Origin: Piedraia hortae CBS 480.64
Lineage: Eukaryota
DNA length: 64,000 nucleotides
NCBI GenBank assembly: GCA_010093745.1
Contig: MU005971.1
Span: 186,001-250,000 of the forward strand
Direction: 5' to 3'
Each line of letters opens with the position of its first letter. The stretch's first letter is position 1. Shown in pieces: positions 1 through 14,300 of the stretch. A program made the position numbers and the translations under genes. Under the pieces are notes generated by a model. It ran no database searches, was not told where the DNA came from, and saw only the letters and a list, made by a program, of their open reading frames with translations.

Positions 1-350
1 CTTGCCTGTCACAGCTGCCAGCGATAGCGAAAGTTCAATTCTTTGCGTGGATGTAGGTGAATTCTCCTCTGATGTTCCAGCAGTGACCTCCATCAGCGTC
101 GATCGCGATTCTTTCTTCCGGGACACTATATCTTCGCCGACAAGGCATACCCGAAGACCACCATGTCGGTACCCCTCTTCAAACGCCCGCACGAGAGGCT
201 GCATGAGAGCAAGCCCACGTATTTTAGCGAATAGGGTGAAGATGGAGCACGCGTTTGGGATGATGGAAAGGATTTTGGGCACTGTTTATGGATTTTGATT
301 GAAGGAGGATAAGGTGTGTTGCAAATGAACCTACATAGCAGCATTCTGAA
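1..350 (+). mobile_element. Degenerate PIF/Harbinger-type transposase fragment (DDE_Tnp_4-like), cut by the window start
   Basis: Frame +1 from 121 reads GHYIFADKAYPKTTMSVPLFKRP, resembling the Harbinger 'YLxxDxxYP' motif. Frame +2 then reads RVKMEHAFGMM, resembling 'RxxIEHAFGxLK'. The two motifs are in different frames, so the sequence is frameshifted. Confidence 0.6.
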
Positions 351-1335
351 TGTGGATGGAGGATATGTTCGAGGGTGAGGCTACCGCACGATATGGTCAA
401 TTTCTATTCTGTTGAGAAGGTAGAAGCGAGGCCGAAGACGGCTGGGGAACAGAGGACCCAGCCGCAGAGGATAAAAGCCATGCGGGGAAAGGGAAAAAGG
501 ACATCAAGGCGGCGGAAGAGTAGAAGTGGTTCATAGTCTACAAAACACCCTTCTGCCCAAACGACTTTCCAGATTCCCTGAAATGTACTCGCCAACGCCA
601 CAGGCAGCTTCTTGTGACAAGAGCGCGTGTGGAGGATCTATTTGCACCGTTTATGTGAAAGAAAGCTTCCATGCTGGTTGATAGTCACGAAGGGGAATGC
701 CAGTGCTTTGGGTGTAGCCCGGGGGTTTGGGGGTGGAGAGCCATGCGGTGAGACTGGTCAGGCGGAGTGATCTACTGGTGGACAATGGGGCTCTGGGATT
801 CTGATTGTGATGTCAGTCACTGGAACTCGGTTGATAGGTTTTAGTTTGCACGATCTGAGTTTTCTCAGAAGGTCGCAGATGTTGAGTCGTATAACTAAAC
901 TGTCATTCGCCCTCTCAGATAGCTCAAATCCACCCGCCCTTGGGGTATCAAATTTGACATCGCGGTGTTGGGGTGGAATGCTATGAAGACGTATCGTCTA
1001 CAATGATATTGAGTATATGGAGCAGGGTGAGAAAGACGATCTTGGCATCGGCAGATCTCTAAACCCTGGGGAGGTGGAATCGTATAGATTGGCGGAATTA
1101 TAGCTCTGTTTCCACCCACGGAAGATACATAGTCACGATACACGGGCATACGAATCTACCCTCCCCTGACTCATACCGCCCAGCTACAACCCCAAAGACC
1201 ACTATTTAGTAGCCCATGTGAACCCTCCTTCCACTTCAACGCCATCGAAACCACACTAGGAGAAGCATCACCTTCACAAAAACAGATTACACATATATAT
1301 CTCACCCCCCCCAACACCCCTACCTCTCAAGCAAA

Positions 1336-4300
1336 TTACAACTGTCCCCCCAGAATCGCCTCCGTCGCGGAACCAATATACTGTCTCCTCGCGTCGAGCG
1401 GAACACCAAACCTCCTCTCCAACTCAATCTTAATCGTCTTTTTTGTCACAGTCATGAGGTCCGCATTTCGCAGGATATCCCTAATTTCCGCTAGCAGCGC
1501 ATCGTCAGAAGGCTGCTGGTCCATTCCCGCCGCGCCGGAGACTTCCATATCCATGAACCCACCAGCGCCGCCCGTTGCGCCTCCGCCTGCGCCTGCATCG
1601 GAGTACAGAGACAGACGCGATGCGTTTTGTGGCAGTGGAGGGTGGAGGGTTGTTTGTGGAAGGTGGGACATGGGACGGGAGTATTTCGTCGCGTAGCTGA
1701 ATCCGGAGACTTCGCTGCGGGTGTCGAGATCTGGCATGGCACCGTGTTGGGTTTGGGCTTCCCAGAGGCCGCGCTGGTAGTCTTCCCAGCGCATTTTGGG
1801 GATGCTGGATGGGTCAAAGGGCTCTTCTTCTGTGACGAGGATTTCTTTGCCGTTTTCGCCCGTGATGAGACGCGTGCTGCCCCAGCTGAAATCGTCCATT
1901 TTCCAGAATGCGTAGAGGGGAAGGGCGCAGGCGAAAACGGGTGTGGCCAGCATGTAGATGATCATCCAGCCAATCATTTCCCATTTGCGGCGGACGATGA
2001 AGATGATGGCTTGGAGACCGTATATCGCGCCGAGGAGGATGAAGGCTGTTATGGGAACGGTGTCGGGGCTTTGGACTACGAGCACGATGAGGTAGACAAT
2101 GTAGCCAACAATGACGGGTTGGACTATGGTTGAGAGGAGGTCGAGAAAGACGACGAAGCGCATGCTGAAGCAGCAGAAACCGCAGAGCTGTTGTAGTGGG
2201 ATCAGTTCAATCAGGTTGTGCACTGTGCTGTTGATCCATCTTCGGCGTTGAGACATGAACACTGTCCATGAGTCTGGTGCGATTGTCCAGGCATGGGCGC
2301 GCATAATGTACTTGGTTTTGTACTTGGAGTGGTACTTGAGCAGCAGCGTGGTCAGGTACCGATCCTCACCCAGGTGCAGCAGATTTTTCGTGTGCAAAGT
2401 ATCAACACGAATCTCTGAATAGTCCTCAACCACTTCCTTCGACACAAACAGCGGCTTGCCAGACTCTGCCGCCCGGATGCGGTACATGGTGAAGCAGCCC
2501 GGCAGACATGTGACGGAACCAAACAGAGACTCAAACGCTTTGGTCAGGTTGTGTGAGATGTAATATTCATACACCTGCATCATGGTAATCATGGACGATT
2601 TGGCGTTGGACAGCGCCGTCTCGCCACACACGCCAATGAGACGCGTATCGTTGAGGAAAGCAGAGACGAAGCGCGTGGCAGAGTCTGGAGCCACCACGGT
2701 ATCGGCATCAATCTGCAGGAGAAATTCGTAGAATGTCGGGTTCACACCAATGACGTTTCGAATCTGGTGGTGCAACTCCAACTCTAAGGGAGTCATGGGC
2801 AGATTGTAATGAACGCGGTTGAGAAAGCGCATCAGAACCATCTGAGAGTCTCGCTTACCCCGATTGCCGGGTTTCTGCACTTCTCGCGGTGTTCCAACCT
2901 TGACAACAACAATGAACGGTACAATGTGTCCCTGAACTTCATATAGCCCCGAGTACACTTTGCCCATGTTGTGCTGCTTTGCTCCCTCGCCGAGAGCCTC
3001 GAAGCTCAAGGGTTCTGGATCTACCGTTTCCGGCACGCCGAGGATGTCTAACACGATCCGTGGCGTCGGCCTATCGTTGCCTTGACCGATAATGTTACCA
3101 TCGCACACAACGAAAAGCAGCTTTCGCTTGTCATCGTACTTCATTCGCGCAGCTGAGTCCATTGCTCGGCGCAGCGACTCCTCATCTTCGGTGTACGCTG
3201 GCACGGTAGCAATGACAAATTTGTCAAGATACTCTGGTACGCTCTTGCGTCCAAACTGAAGAGCAGCCAAGAACTTGAAGCCGATAACCGACACCAGCAA
3301 GATGGAGATGGACAGCAGAATATACTTGGCAAATAGACAGCGCGGACTATTCCGAGTGTCAACGTGACCCACAAAGAAGAGATTGTCCATGCAGATTCTC
3401 ATCCGCTGCCGCAGCTGGGGATCCAGCGACAACGCCTCCCATTTCTTGGTTACGTCTTGGCCCGCATTCTGTTGGAACAGGTCAACGACGCTCTGGTCCA
3501 TGAAATTGCTGTCTGGTGTTTTCCTAGGAGGCTTGTGGCCGGCAGGATATTCCGGATTCCGTCCACCCTGGATGTACTCTGTGAAGTCGTAAATCTTGCC
3601 GTACATGTACGCCATGGACTGCTGTTTGCTCGCCAACTTCTTGAGATACTGCGGTGAGTAGCCGACGGTGCCTTTCCAGTAGTTGGCTTCAAGCATGATC
3701 ATCTTCTGCGTGAACCAATCCGGGCGAGAATCGTTTGTGGCCCATCGGAAGTCGTGATACCTCGCATTTGGGTCGTTGTCGCTCGTCATGATTGATGGTT
3801 TGCCCGTGAAGTTGTAGTTCCTGAAGCTGAGCTGCACTGCCGGATCAATGGACCCCGTTTTGCCCTCGCACATGGCAGAAACCTGGACCGGAAACAGGTT
3901 CGTGGCATCTCGACCAGCGTACTTTTTAAGCACACTCTCGCTTACGATGCTCGGATAGTGTTTTGGGATGAAGTTGCCCAGGTTGAACACAACGCCTCGT
4001 ACGGCCACATATGCCGGCTCTCCTTTCTTCCCATTCTTCGAGCTCAACTCGTCCAGACTGTACACGTACTGGTGTGGACAGATCAGCTTGGGCATGCCAA
4101 TCATGAAGAACACAACCAACGCACACGACAGCCAGATCAGCATGTTGATGGCAAGCTTCTCCCTCCACGCCTGTCTGATATCAGGTCGTTTCATTCTTGG
4201 GAACAGCTTCAAGATGGGAGACGGGATCCACCAAGTCATTAGCCAGACCAAGAACACCCAGCGCTTGCGGCTTCCCGATTGCTTTCGTTCTTCCACTTTA

Positions 4301-6852
4301 CGCTCAATCTTGGGCTCGTTCCCCTTCTCAGCCATCTGCGAACGGGTTTCCAGATTGCGGAACATGTCACCTTCCCGGAACGCAGACGCGCCAGCATCGC
4401 TTTTCGCGTCGCCATCCCGCCCATAGTACCCGATCTTGTCATCATCATAGTTGCCGAGATTGTCTCCAAGCAGTCCCGTCTTCGATTCTGACGGGTTCCC
4501 CGGCGCCAACCCAGTCTCGCCATACTGGTTTTGGCGATAAGGCATGGGTGCCTCGCCGATGTCAGCAACATTGGCAATCTGCCGCCAACATCGCTCGCTA
4601 AGAAAGACTCCTGTGCTTCCAGCTCGCGCCTCATTCCCTGGCCAACTTTTATCATCCAGGATCTGTTCAGCCCGCTCCCTCTCGCTGCCTACCAACGACA
4701 CCTCCCCTTCAGCCGTCTCCAGAAACTCACGGAAAGGCATGAAAATGGTAAAGTCGGCATGTCTCAGCCGTTGGGTTATCTCGGCAAGACCGAGAGTCTG
4801 CACCTGAGCTCGGACACACTTGCTGTCAAATTGATTTGCCAGCCTTCGATCGTTTGCTTTGAGGCAGAAGAAGAAATACGGGTTGGTTTTGGGGGAACTG
4901 AGAGATTTGATGATGGCATCAAGGGACGATAGGAAGTGTCCTGCGGCGCCCTGCTGTGGATCGTTTGCGGAGCTTTTGGTTTGACGAGTCAAGGGCCTCT
5001 CATCACCGCTTTTATCCTCCTCGATCTTGTTGAGATCTAAGCGTGATCTTCTCTTGACCGTCGGCTTGCGTGATGGTTTTGATGCTACCGAGGCTTGCGT
5101 CACTGCCGTCCGGTCTCGAGGATGCGTAACCTTGTGCAGCGCCTCTTGACCAAAGAGCGCGTCGATGAAAGAGCTAGAGCTGGTGCTCATGAGGTTCATA
5201 AGATCGCCCGAGATAATCTCCCCGTTTGCTTCAATCAGTCCATGCACGGGGTACTCGACCTCTCCGGCAAAGTGCTTGACGGTGAAGCTGGCATTGGGGT
5301 TCGCGGTCTGGAAGTTGTTGCCTGGAAGGACCACCATGGCCGGTGCCACTTCGATGGCAGGGTTCTTGCCGTCAAATCGCTTGCGAATGGATTCTGCAAA
5401 CTGCGTGTCCGTTCGCCCCCGTCGCGTCTGGTCATCAAGGATGCTTAGCAGTCCATTGCCTGGTTTCAACAGACCTTTGACGGCATCGCTATTGTCAAAA
5501 TAGCTGGTGGGCGGCACCGAAACTTCTTCCGACTCGAGAAGATCCGCCTTGCGCTCAAAGAAAGACTGCAAACAATAGTGATACAGAGACTCTGTTGCGG
5601 CATTGTTTAGGATGTGGTCAAGTGTGCTGCCCGTAGTATTCTCTGGCGCAAATCCGGGAAAGTCGACTATGGAAATGGTGTTTGCTACCTGCTCCTCGTC
5701 GGCACACAGCCGTTGGTTGATCTGCTCCATAAGATAGGCGACCAACAGTGCATACAAGGTCCGAGCGAGCTCATCGGCATTCTCCCTTGCGCCCTTTGGG
5801 TCTAGCATAATGGTTACCCGTTCCCGGTGGAGCGTTCTGGTTCGATAACCCAGCGACTGCTCCAGCTCCTTCTCGGCAACGCCCAGAAAAGCTGCAACTG
5901 CAGCGAGAACATCGCGGTTCTTGGCCACCGTCACATCCTCGCCGCCCTCGTGGCCATATCCTCCACTCTCATCAGGGGCCGGTGTCGTCGACTTGTCCGT
6001 TACAAACTCCAACTGACCAATGTGCAAGATGGCTGCCAAGACCTCGCACATTCGCGCAATTTCCTCGCGCGGAAACTCCAACTTCCTCAACGCCGTCTTG
6101 AGATGCTGGAAGCCCTCGGCGTCATTTATGCCGACCTTCAATTGCGCCGGATGACCGAGATATCGCCATCTCTTGGGACCTGTGGAGGCGCGGTGGCCCA
6201 CTGAATGAGTGATTCCCTCGCCCAGGTCCAGACCCAAATGCTCCTTCTCACTGGGTGACGTCCCTGCCAAGAGATAATACAGGACATGAAAGTTTCGCTC
6301 TCCGGGGGGAACAGCTGTCACTCGACTTCGCTCAAGCCGGTGGTCCAGAACCTTGGCTCCCAGCAACACGGGAAACTGTGGAGACGACGTGTCATACTGC
6401 AGCTCATAAAACAGCCCGGCCTTGCTGGCCGTGGGAGTCGTCAGGCTCTTGGTGGTGGTGAATGCATCAAAAACGAAGGCTGCATAGGAGAGCTTCATGG
6501 ACAAGGGAGTGGAGGACAATTGCAGCAATTGCGTCAACAAATGCGAGCGAATCGTCGTCTTCCCGGAGCCGGACTCGCCTAGAAACACGGCCGTCTGGTT
6601 CTCCTGCCGCCTACCAAGCCGCGCCCACATGCGCTGGGCGAGCTCTTCAGCCGCCCCCATGGCGCTGCCCTCTTTGTCGCCATTGGGCCCACGCGAGGCC
6701 GACGTGTATGTGTTTACAGAGACATATGCCTGGCTGCTGAGCGTAGTTATGGGGCTCTGGGCATGGTAGCGGGAGGCAATGTGGGATGTCAGGGCAGAGT
6801 CGCTCTGTTGGTGTGCGGGAAGAGACACCAAGTTCGCGGCGGGAATTGCCAT
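1336..6852 (-). CDS. csmA: Class V chitin synthase with N-terminal myosin motor domain (1838 aa, no intron)
   Basis: Myosin P-loop [21 protein letters not shown] and [12 protein letters not shown]; cytochrome-b5-like segments; chitin synthase motifs GKRDSQ, DADT, LGEDRYL and QRRRW; DEK_C-like C-terminus ([20 protein letters not shown]). Confidence 0.97.
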   Translation of the reverse strand: MAIPAANLVSLPAHQQSDSALTSHIASRYHAQSPITTLSSQAYVSVNTYTSASRGPNGDKEGSAMGAAEELAQRMWARLGRRQENQTAVFLGESGSGKTTIRSHLLTQLLQLSSTPLSMKLSYAAFVFDAFTTTKSLTTPTASKAGLFYELQYDTSSPQFPVLLGAKVLDHRLERSRVTAVPPGERNFHVLYYLLAGTSPSEKEHLGLDLGEGITHSVGHRASTGPKRWRYLGHPAQLKVGINDAEGFQHLKTALRKLEFPREEIARMCEVLAAILHIGQLEFVTDKSTTPAPDESGGYGHEGGEDVTVAKNRDVLAAVAAFLGVAEKELEQSLGYRTRTLHRERVTIMLDPKGARENADELARTLYALLVAYLMEQINQRLCADEEQVANTISIVDFPGFAPENTTGSTLDHILNNAATESLYHYCLQSFFERKADLLESEEVSVPPTSYFDNSDAVKGLLKPGNGLLSILDDQTRRGRTDTQFAESIRKRFDGKNPAIEVAPAMVVLPGNNFQTANPNASFTVKHFAGEVEYPVHGLIEANGEIISGDLMNLMSTSSSSFIDALFGQEALHKVTHPRDRTAVTQASVASKPSRKPTVKRRSRLDLNKIEEDKSGDERPLTRQTKSSANDPQQGAAGHFLSSLDAIIKSLSSPKTNPYFFFCLKANDRRLANQFDSKCVRAQVQTLGLAEITQRLRHADFTIFMPFREFLETAEGEVSLVGSERERAEQILDDKSWPGNEARAGSTGVFLSERCWRQIANVADIGEAPMPYRQNQYGETGLAPGNPSESKTGLLGDNLGNYDDDKIGYYGRDGDAKSDAGASAFREGDMFRNLETRSQMAEKGNEPKIERKVEERKQSGSRKRWVFLVWLMTWWIPSPILKLFPRMKRPDIRQAWREKLAINMLIWLSCALVVFFMIGMPKLICPHQYVYSLDELSSKNGKKGEPAYVAVRGVVFNLGNFIPKHYPSIVSESVLKKYAGRDATNLFPVQVSAMCEGKTGSIDPAVQLSFRNYNFTGKPSIMTSDNDPNARYHDFRWATNDSRPDWFTQKMIMLEANYWKGTVGYSPQYLKKLASKQQSMAYMYGKIYDFTEYIQGGRNPEYPAGHKPPRKTPDSNFMDQSVVDLFQQNAGQDVTKKWEALSLDPQLRQRMRICMDNLFFVGHVDTRNSPRCLFAKYILLSISILLVSVIGFKFLAALQFGRKSVPEYLDKFVIATVPAYTEDEESLRRAMDSAARMKYDDKRKLLFVVCDGNIIGQGNDRPTPRIVLDILGVPETVDPEPLSFEALGEGAKQHNMGKVYSGLYEVQGHIVPFIVVVKVGTPREVQKPGNRGKRDSQMVLMRFLNRVHYNLPMTPLELELHHQIRNVIGVNPTFYEFLLQIDADTVVAPDSATRFVSAFLNDTRLIGVCGETALSNAKSSMITMMQVYEYYISHNLTKAFESLFGSVTCLPGCFTMYRIRAAESGKPLFVSKEVVEDYSEIRVDTLHTKNLLHLGEDRYLTTLLLKYHSKYKTKYIMRAHAWTIAPDSWTVFMSQRRRWINSTVHNLIELIPLQQLCGFCCFSMRFVVFLDLLSTIVQPVIVGYIVYLIVLVVQSPDTVPITAFILLGAIYGLQAIIFIVRRKWEMIGWMIIYMLATPVFACALPLYAFWKMDDFSWGSTRLITGENGKEILVTEEEPFDPSSIPKMRWEDYQRGLWEAQTQHGAMPDLDTRSEVSGFSYATKYSRPMSHLPQTTLHPPLPQNASRLSLYSDAGAGGGATGGAGGFMDMEVSGAAGMDQQPSDDALLAEIRDILRNADLMTVTKKTIKIELERRFGVPLDARRQYIGSATEAILGGQL

Positions 6853-7339
6853 TACTCCGGGAGCCTCGCCTCAGCCGATGCTGGGGGGTTTATGGAACGT
6901 TCAGCTTGTTGAGCTGCGCTGGCAATCTACATGGATGCCTCAGGCCCATGTGTTCGTCCGAGGCGTTCTATTCTGGGAACGAGGTGGCGCCGATCGCTGT
7001 GGCGTCGGCCGGGCGAATTGATTGAACCGCCCTGCTGAATAAGCGTCGACTGTCAGGATTGGCTGTCGATTAACTGTAATCGACTGTCACTCCACATCAT
7101 CATTGGCTGGCGCAGCTCCTGCGCTCCAGGGGATTAATCAAATTGAGATGACCAAAACAGCCACGGACTATGGCTGTCAACATCCCCGTCGTGGTCGAGC
7201 TAAACACGATCTGCTTTTGCTTCCTCCGGGACCAATTTTTGCCGCAGTTGTTGGACGTCTGCGTCTCCTTCATTCAGGCCGCATATGCGATTTGACTAAA
7301 GGCAGCATCTGCCCGACTGGGCCAGTGTAACGATACGCA
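6853..7339. promoter_or_regulatory. Shared divergent promoter of the class V and class VII chitin synthases (487 bp)
   Basis: Lies between the opposing ATGs at 6852 (-) and 7340 (+). Contains two ATTGG (CCAAT) boxes and two copies of CGACTGTCA around 7045-7110. Confidence 0.65.
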
Positions 7340-10300
7340 ATGGCGAACACTCGGCTGTCAACCTTCTCAACCGCGTCCGGCGTCATCCCGCCGCAGCACC
7401 ATCATCTGTACCAAAGGACGCAGACGATGCAGTCCGGAAGTGCCGCCAACACTTCCAAGCAAATGTCAACAACGACGCTCCTTAACACGCTACACTCAAC
7501 CTACGGCACCTCAGAGCCGTACGAGTTGGAGGCGAGCACGAGTCTGGTGGTGAACACCTGGGTGACGGGAAACAGTACAGGCCCAGACGGACGCTTTGGC
7601 GGAACGGTGGATGGAGATCTTGCCCGGAAGGTCTGGGAACACGCGCGGCGGCGGGCCGAGGATGCGTGTGTGGTGCTTGGGTAAGTTATCTTCACCGAAT
7701 CTACATGGATGTGAACGGAGGACTGACATTCAAAGATCTTTGCACCAGTCGACTCCCTCTCTCTTTGCACCTTTCATCTCTTCCCTCCCTCTCTCGGTTC
7801 CGGGCGCTTTCTACTCGGCCCTCCACGCCCTGAGGCCCTTTTGGCACTGTGTCACTCCTCTCAATCCGTCATTTCCTCGCCATATCTCCCTATCCGCCGT
7901 CTTCAGTCTCACTCTTGCCGGGGACCTGACGGGCGCCTCCATAAGCCTTTCCACGTCGGGAATCGACACCCAACTTGGCCTTCTCAACGTTCCATCAGAG
8001 CCAGGCTATAGGGCTTTTGACGTCTTCTACTACCTACTCACCAGTGCTTCCTCACAGCAGGAAAGGGAGTACCTGGGACTCAAAGAACCGTCCCGCTACA
8101 CTCTCTTACGGCGGAGCGAGACGTACAACGCCCCTCATTATGTGCCCACTGCAGACGATGCGGCAGCTGCAGAGGATTGGCGGGAGACTCTCAAAGTCAT
8201 TGGCATCAAGGGCGTTGCGCTTCGACAAATGCTCTCCGTCATCGCCGCTATTCTGAGGCTCGGCGACGCGTCGGGATTCTTGCTGGACGATGAGGAGATT
8301 GAGGCTGTGTGCGACGACGCAGGGGGTTTGCTGGATATCGACTTTGAGGTGCTCAAGAAATTGGCGTCGGAAGGTCGAGAACGGCTTATAGGAGCCCTCT
8401 ACGAGGCTCTGGTGGATTGGGTCATCATGAAGTCCAATCAGGCAATACGAGCCGAATTAAGTCCCAGTCGCACGGCTGCCTCTAGCACCAGTGATCTGGG
8501 CGCCAACACGCCACCCAGTAGCCACGAGAATGCGGACAACGTCAACATTACAGTCATTGAAATCCCGGGTCAAGTCCTTGGGAAAGCAGCAGCCCTGAGG
8601 ACAGTCTTCGATGACAGAGCAGGCATCAACGCCGAGATGAAGGAAGACGGCATAGTTGTCCCCTCTGCTGGTCCGTCTGTCATGAATGTCATGAAAGACG
8701 CCGTTTCAGAGAGTGAGATTCACTTGGACATCATGACGGGCGCTCTCGGCCGGAAACGAGAGGTTGAGCTGGACAAGCGGCTAGAGGTGCTGGAGATTGT
8801 CGGTACCGAAGCCGAGCCTGACAGTTTTGTGAAACAATTGCTCTATCCTGCCGGTGCTGGCAGCATTGTGCTGGGAAAGTTTGGTCGATTCAGTCTGTCC
8901 CAAGTCTTGGGAAGCAGCAGAGTGTGGTTCCAGCTCTGTCTACACCCAACCGACGACCCTCCCTCCACGTTTCCTGGTGACAGGGAACATTCGCTAAGCA
9001 AGTGGTCGGCTGCCTCGGTGTCGAGTCAGATTCGTAGCTGGCGGCTGCCGGAATGGGCCAACCATAGAAACAGACAGCTCGATTTCACCGCTGACTTTGA
9101 CCATGACGAGTTTGTGACCCGCTACGGCCCTCTTGGTTGTCAACCGGGTCGAGAGGGTATCGAGGCATGGGTTCTCGAACGCGCGTGGAGCCAGGGAGAG
9201 GTGGTGGTCGGGCATGAACGTGTTTGGATGCGGGAACCGGCTTGGTGGCAGGCTGAAGGTATGTTGGACATGAAGAGATCCGACGATTTGGTCCAAGATC
9301 CGGCCATGACGGGTGCCATGGACTACTCGGCCCAGACTCCCATGCTGGGCAATCCCTTCTACAGCTCTCACTACAGTGAGAACGCCAGCCGGGAGAATTT
9401 GCTGCACGGCAACAGCCCAGGCAACCTCGGTGCTCGATCGATTGCGCCGACCCAGGCCCGCAGCGCAAACGCAGGCGACTATGGGCTGGGTCCGAAAGGG
9501 GACACCAAGTACCAGGAGGTGTCGTACGAAGGCGAATTAGATGCCGAGCTCCTCGAGGGCAAGGAGACGCATGTGGAGCGGACCACAATGGGCCGCCGTA
9601 TCTGGGTGTGGGCATCGTGGGTGGCAACTTTCTGGATGCCTTCTCCAGTGCTGAAACACGTTCTGCGCAAAAAGCGGCCAGATGTTCGTCAGGCGTGGCG
9701 TGAAAAGATTCTGCTCATGATCATCATCTTCCTCGTAAACGCTATCGTTGTCTTCTACATCATCTGGTTTGGCCGTCTGCTCTGTCCCAAGTTTGACAAG
9801 GCGTGGAGCGTCAAGGAAGTGGGATATCATCAGGGCGACAACGACTTCTACGTCTCTCATATGGGCAAGGTGTATGACCTGACACATTTCTGGAAAGTCG
9901 ATCACTCCGACTCCAGCATTCCCGCAACCAAAGAGTATATGCAGCCGTTCGGCGGAACAGATGTCACTGAGTACATTGTGCCGCCGCTGTATATTGCCTG
10001 TGATGGCCTGACCACTGACCGCATATCTATGCAGAGCAACAACACTCTGCTCTATCCCAACGCCGTGCACAGGTCGGGGCACTTTGAGCAGCCTGACCAA
10101 AAGTCAGCCCTGCGCAATCCGCGGTGGTACTATCAGACGTTCCTGCCTAAGATGAACCAAATGTACAAGGGAGATCTGGTTTACAAGAGGTCAGAGGTTA
10201 TCAAAGCTGGGCAAAACAACAACCGCATGTGGTTCATCTATCACAACGGCATCATCGACTTGACGGACTACTTTTACACTTTGAAGCTGGAAAATAACCT

Positions 10301-12692
10301 GCCCTACTACAAGTTCTTGCCGACAGCCATGACTGATCTCGTAGAGGCGAATCCGGGCTCCGACTTGTCCAAGAAGTTTGACGAGCTGCTGGCCACGCGG
10401 AACAGCACGTACACAAAGTCTCTCAAGTGCATGAATGAGCGATTTTACGTGGGAAAGATTGATTTTCGAAAGTCGGCAAAGTGTCAGGTGAACAACTACA
10501 TTCTCTTGGCGTTTACCATTGTGCTCTGCGCCACCATCGCTATCAAGTTCTTGGCTGCCCTGCAACTGGGCTCGAAGAAGCGACCGGCTCAGCAGGACAA
10601 ATTCGTCATTTGCCAGGTCCCTGCATACACTGAGGGAGAAGATTCCCTCCGTAAAGGCTTGGACTCGTTGACGGCACTGGCTTACGACAACAAGAGGAAG
10701 CTCATTTGCGTCATCTGCGACGGCATGATTGTTGGAGGCGGTAATGATCGTCCCACTCCCAAGATTGTGCTCGATGTGCTGGGAGTTGATCCCAAAGTTG
10801 ACCCTCCCGCTCTTCCATTCAAGTCTGTCGGTCAAGGCGCTGAACAGCTCAACTACGGCAAAGTTTACTCCGGCCTGTACGAGTTTGAAGGCAATGTTGT
10901 CCCTTATATCGTCATCGTTAAGGTTGGCAAGGAATCTGAGCAGCACAAGTCAAAGCCGGGCAACCGCGGAAAGCGAGATAGTCAGATTCTGCTCATGTCC
11001 TTCCTCAACAGGGTGCACTTCCGCGCGCCAATGAATCCGCTGGAGCTGGAAATCTTCCACCAGATTAACAACATCATTGGTGTGGACCCCGAGCTGTACG
11101 AGTATCTTTTCATGGTCGACGCCGATACAAAAGTGAAAGAGGACAGCCTCAATCGTTTGGTAGCGGCTTGCGCGAATGACAGCAAGATTGTTGGCATATG
11201 CGGTGAGACGAGCTTGGAGAATGAGGAAAGGAGCTGGTGGACGATGATCCAAGTCTACGAATACTACATCTCGCATCATCTGGCCAAGGCTTTCGAGTCG
11301 CTCTTCGGCAGCGTGACGTGTCTGCCGGGTTGCTTTTGCATGTACCGTCTACGCACTGCAGATCGCGGACGTCCTCTGATCATTTCTGACGATGTTATCC
11401 GCGACTACTCGGACATCTACGTCGATACGCTGCACAAGAAGAATTTGCTGTCGCTGGGCGAGGATCGCTACCTCACCACGCTGATGACAAAGTACTTCCC
11501 TCACATGTCGTACAAATTCATACCTGATGCCTACGCCCTGACAGAAGCTCCGGCAGAATGGGGTGTGCTGCTGTCGCAACGTCGTCGGTGGATCAATTCT
11601 ACCATTCACAACTTGGCCGAGCTGGTGTTCCTGAAAGATCTCTGCGGTTTCTGCTGCTTCAGCATGCGGTTTGTGGTCTTCATCGACCTTTTTGGAACCA
11701 TTATCCTACCAGCAACGTGCGCCTACATGGGATATCTAATCTATAAAGTCGCCTCCCACAGCGGCCAGTTCCCTCTCATCTCTATTATCATGATTGCTGC
11801 CGTGTACGGCCTCCAAGCCATCATCTTCCTCGTCAAACGCCAATGGCAACACATTGGCTGGATGATCATCTACATCCTCGCCTATCCAATATACTCCGTC
11901 GTCCTACCCGTGTACTCTTTCTGGAAACAAGACGACTTCTCCTGGGGCAACACGCGCATCGTTCTCGGCGAAGACGGAGCTAAGAAAGTCGTCGCCGAAG
12001 AAGAAAACAGCAAATTCGACCCGCGCAGCATCCCACTCCAAACGTGGGACAACTACGCCATGGCGAATAACCTCCCCGGCCGCCGCGGCGGCACCGCCAT
12101 GGAAAAAGAACCCGGACTCTACCAAGACGGCGGCTACGAAATGGACGACATGCAATCCGTCTACTCCTCTGTCCGACCCGCTTCGACCATCTTAACCGGA
12201 TTCCCCCAAACCCAAGTCTACCGTCCTCCTCTCCAAAGCCCGAACCCATTTGCAAACCCCATGAATAACAGACAAAGCACCTTTTCGCGATACTCCGAAT
12301 ACCCCACCGCCGAAATGCCTCTTATGCCCGGCGACCCAACATATCAACAACACACCCGCACCCAATCACAGGACAACCTAGGAATGGCTGGCCTCCGCTC
12401 CTCGCAAATGTACAATGCACGTTCCCGTTCCTCGTTAGGCTTAGGCATGCTCCAAGGAGCAACCAGCCGTCCCGCGAGTTCGGCGAATCTAGCAGGTTTC
12501 CAAACCCAGGGTCCTTCCAATGAGGCGATTGCGCAAGCAATCAGGGAGACGTTAACAGAAGTGGATATGGAGGCTGTGACGAAGAAACAGGTTAAAGTTC
12601 TTGTGGAGCAGAAGTTGCAGGTCCAGATTACTAGTGCAGCGAAGAAACAGTTTATGGATGAGCAGATTGATGCGGAGTTGGCGAATATGTAG
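7340..12692 (+). CDS. csmB: Class VII chitin synthase with degenerate myosin motor-like domain (~1765 aa); exons 7340-7680 and 7736-12692
   Basis: A 55-nt intron at 7681-7735 (GTAAGT...ACTGAC...AAG) joins ORF 7340 in frame to ORF 7596 (...VVLG/SLHQS...). No P-loop; [27 protein letters not shown] and QRRRW motifs; DEK_C-like tail. Confidence 0.95.
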
Positions 12693-13299
12693 ATAATTTA
12701 TCTGTGGGAGTTGATTTAGGGGGGTAATGTTTTGTGGGTAGCGGTGTTTGGTATTGAAGTCGGAGGCGATTTAAGTTGATTTATTTGGTGCGTTATGAAC
12801 ATCCCATGGTGGGTGAGGGTTTTCCCGGACCTTTGGAGGCGAGAACCCGCTGCTGGTGATTTTGAAGAGTTCGGCGATTTGTGCACTTACATGTTTCACA
12901 CAGTTTGAGTAGATGCTTCGCGGTGGACCGAAAAGGAAAGTTACGCTTTCGCTAGCATGCTTGGCATGGCCTCCACTTCTGCGCGGGCCCCTCAGACTCT
13001 CGAGGCACCCTACGCCACTACATGTTTCTATAAAAAAATACATCTACGCACAATGCTTAAACCCCCTCCACCCCTCCACCGCGAAGCGACAAATCTACAT
13101 TCCAGCATCTTTCCAACTCTTAAACCTTAATTCCAACTCCATTTTTTCCAAGCCCCACACTTCTAACCCTCCAGACCATTTGCGCAGCTCTAACATAGCA
13201 ATAGATGTATCCTGATGTCTTGCTCGTCGTATCGGAGGACCGAGTGAAGCAGAGGCGACGGGTGGATCGTGATGCCTTCCTTGGTCGACGTATGAAATA

Positions 13300-14300
13300 T
13301 TGATTGCTGGAGACGACCTCTGCAGCACACCGTCACACTTTGCCATTAGGGAAGAGCGGACCAGCTCACGGGCGGCCTTAAGCAGTGAGCTGGGACCCCC
13401 ATTCCAGAAGTGGTTGAACTCAGCCATCGGGCGGGTAGCAACCCACGGACATCTGGCATCGTTGCTGCTTCCGCTGCCTTGATGGAATTCTACCCAGGAG
13501 AAACGACCAGCAGACCCACCCATGCGGTGCGATTTTGGCGACCGCGTTAGGCTCCACCGCCCGACGCTGCATGGACCTGGTCGTCGGTAGTCTGGCTGAA
13601 GACGTTATATCGTACGGCGGAGGCCTAGGCATGGCTCCCGAGGGCATTCGGACAGGGGTGGGGAACTTCGCTTGGCATAACGATACCTGGCAGACAGACG
13701 CGACTGGTAAGTCCACAATGACCGACAGGCCTGCTTATGGAGCGGCCTTCAGCAGAGAGGTGGCATGAAGTGGTCAAACTCGTGGACTTGACCTTAAGCC
13801 GTCTGGCTGGCGAAGATGTTGCTTCCACTGCCTATGATGAGCGACCATCAGACCAGCCCAAGCGGCGCGATTTTGGTGGCTTATCAGGGATCCTGCACTC
13901 ATTGCTAGCCATGCAATCGCGCCACGAACGGCCTAAGCCTGGCCGTCGGAGAGCAGGGAAGCCTTAGCCCAACGGGCTATCCGGCTGACTGTAGATTGTA
14001 CGGCGGATGTCTAGTGGCATGGTTTGTGGTCATGCCTTCCGCTGCCTCAATGGGGCTTCAAGCGCATGTGGCAGAGGTGAGGAGAGGTTGCGGGTGTGTG
14101 CGCCCTCCCGACCCAAGTGAGATGGAATTATCTTAGGCGGATGATCCGAGCGCGCAGATTCCCGAGACCGCATCCGCTCTCATGTGAAGTTGCCTGCTTG
14201 TAGCGCACAGGGCCGGGAACCTTGAGATGCCGCGATACCTTTTGCTGGAAGATTTTTGGATGTCCGGGGTTATGACCCTTTGTGACGAATAGTCGACCGT
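13300..14300 (+). pseudogene. Possible decayed LanC-like (LanCL) protein gene
   Basis: Fragments in different frames (KWLNSAIGRVATHGHL, EDVISYGGGLG, VVKLVDLTLSRLAG...GLSGILHSLLA) recall, in order, fungal LanC-like segments such as DEILYGRAGL and HGxxGILxxLL. Stops and frameshifts separate them and the resemblance is weak. Confidence 0.3.

Noticed and set aside
7596..7735. N-terminus of the 1698-aa ORF (MAERWMEIL...)
   Set aside because: Artefact of reading back through the intron; the real start is ATG 7340.
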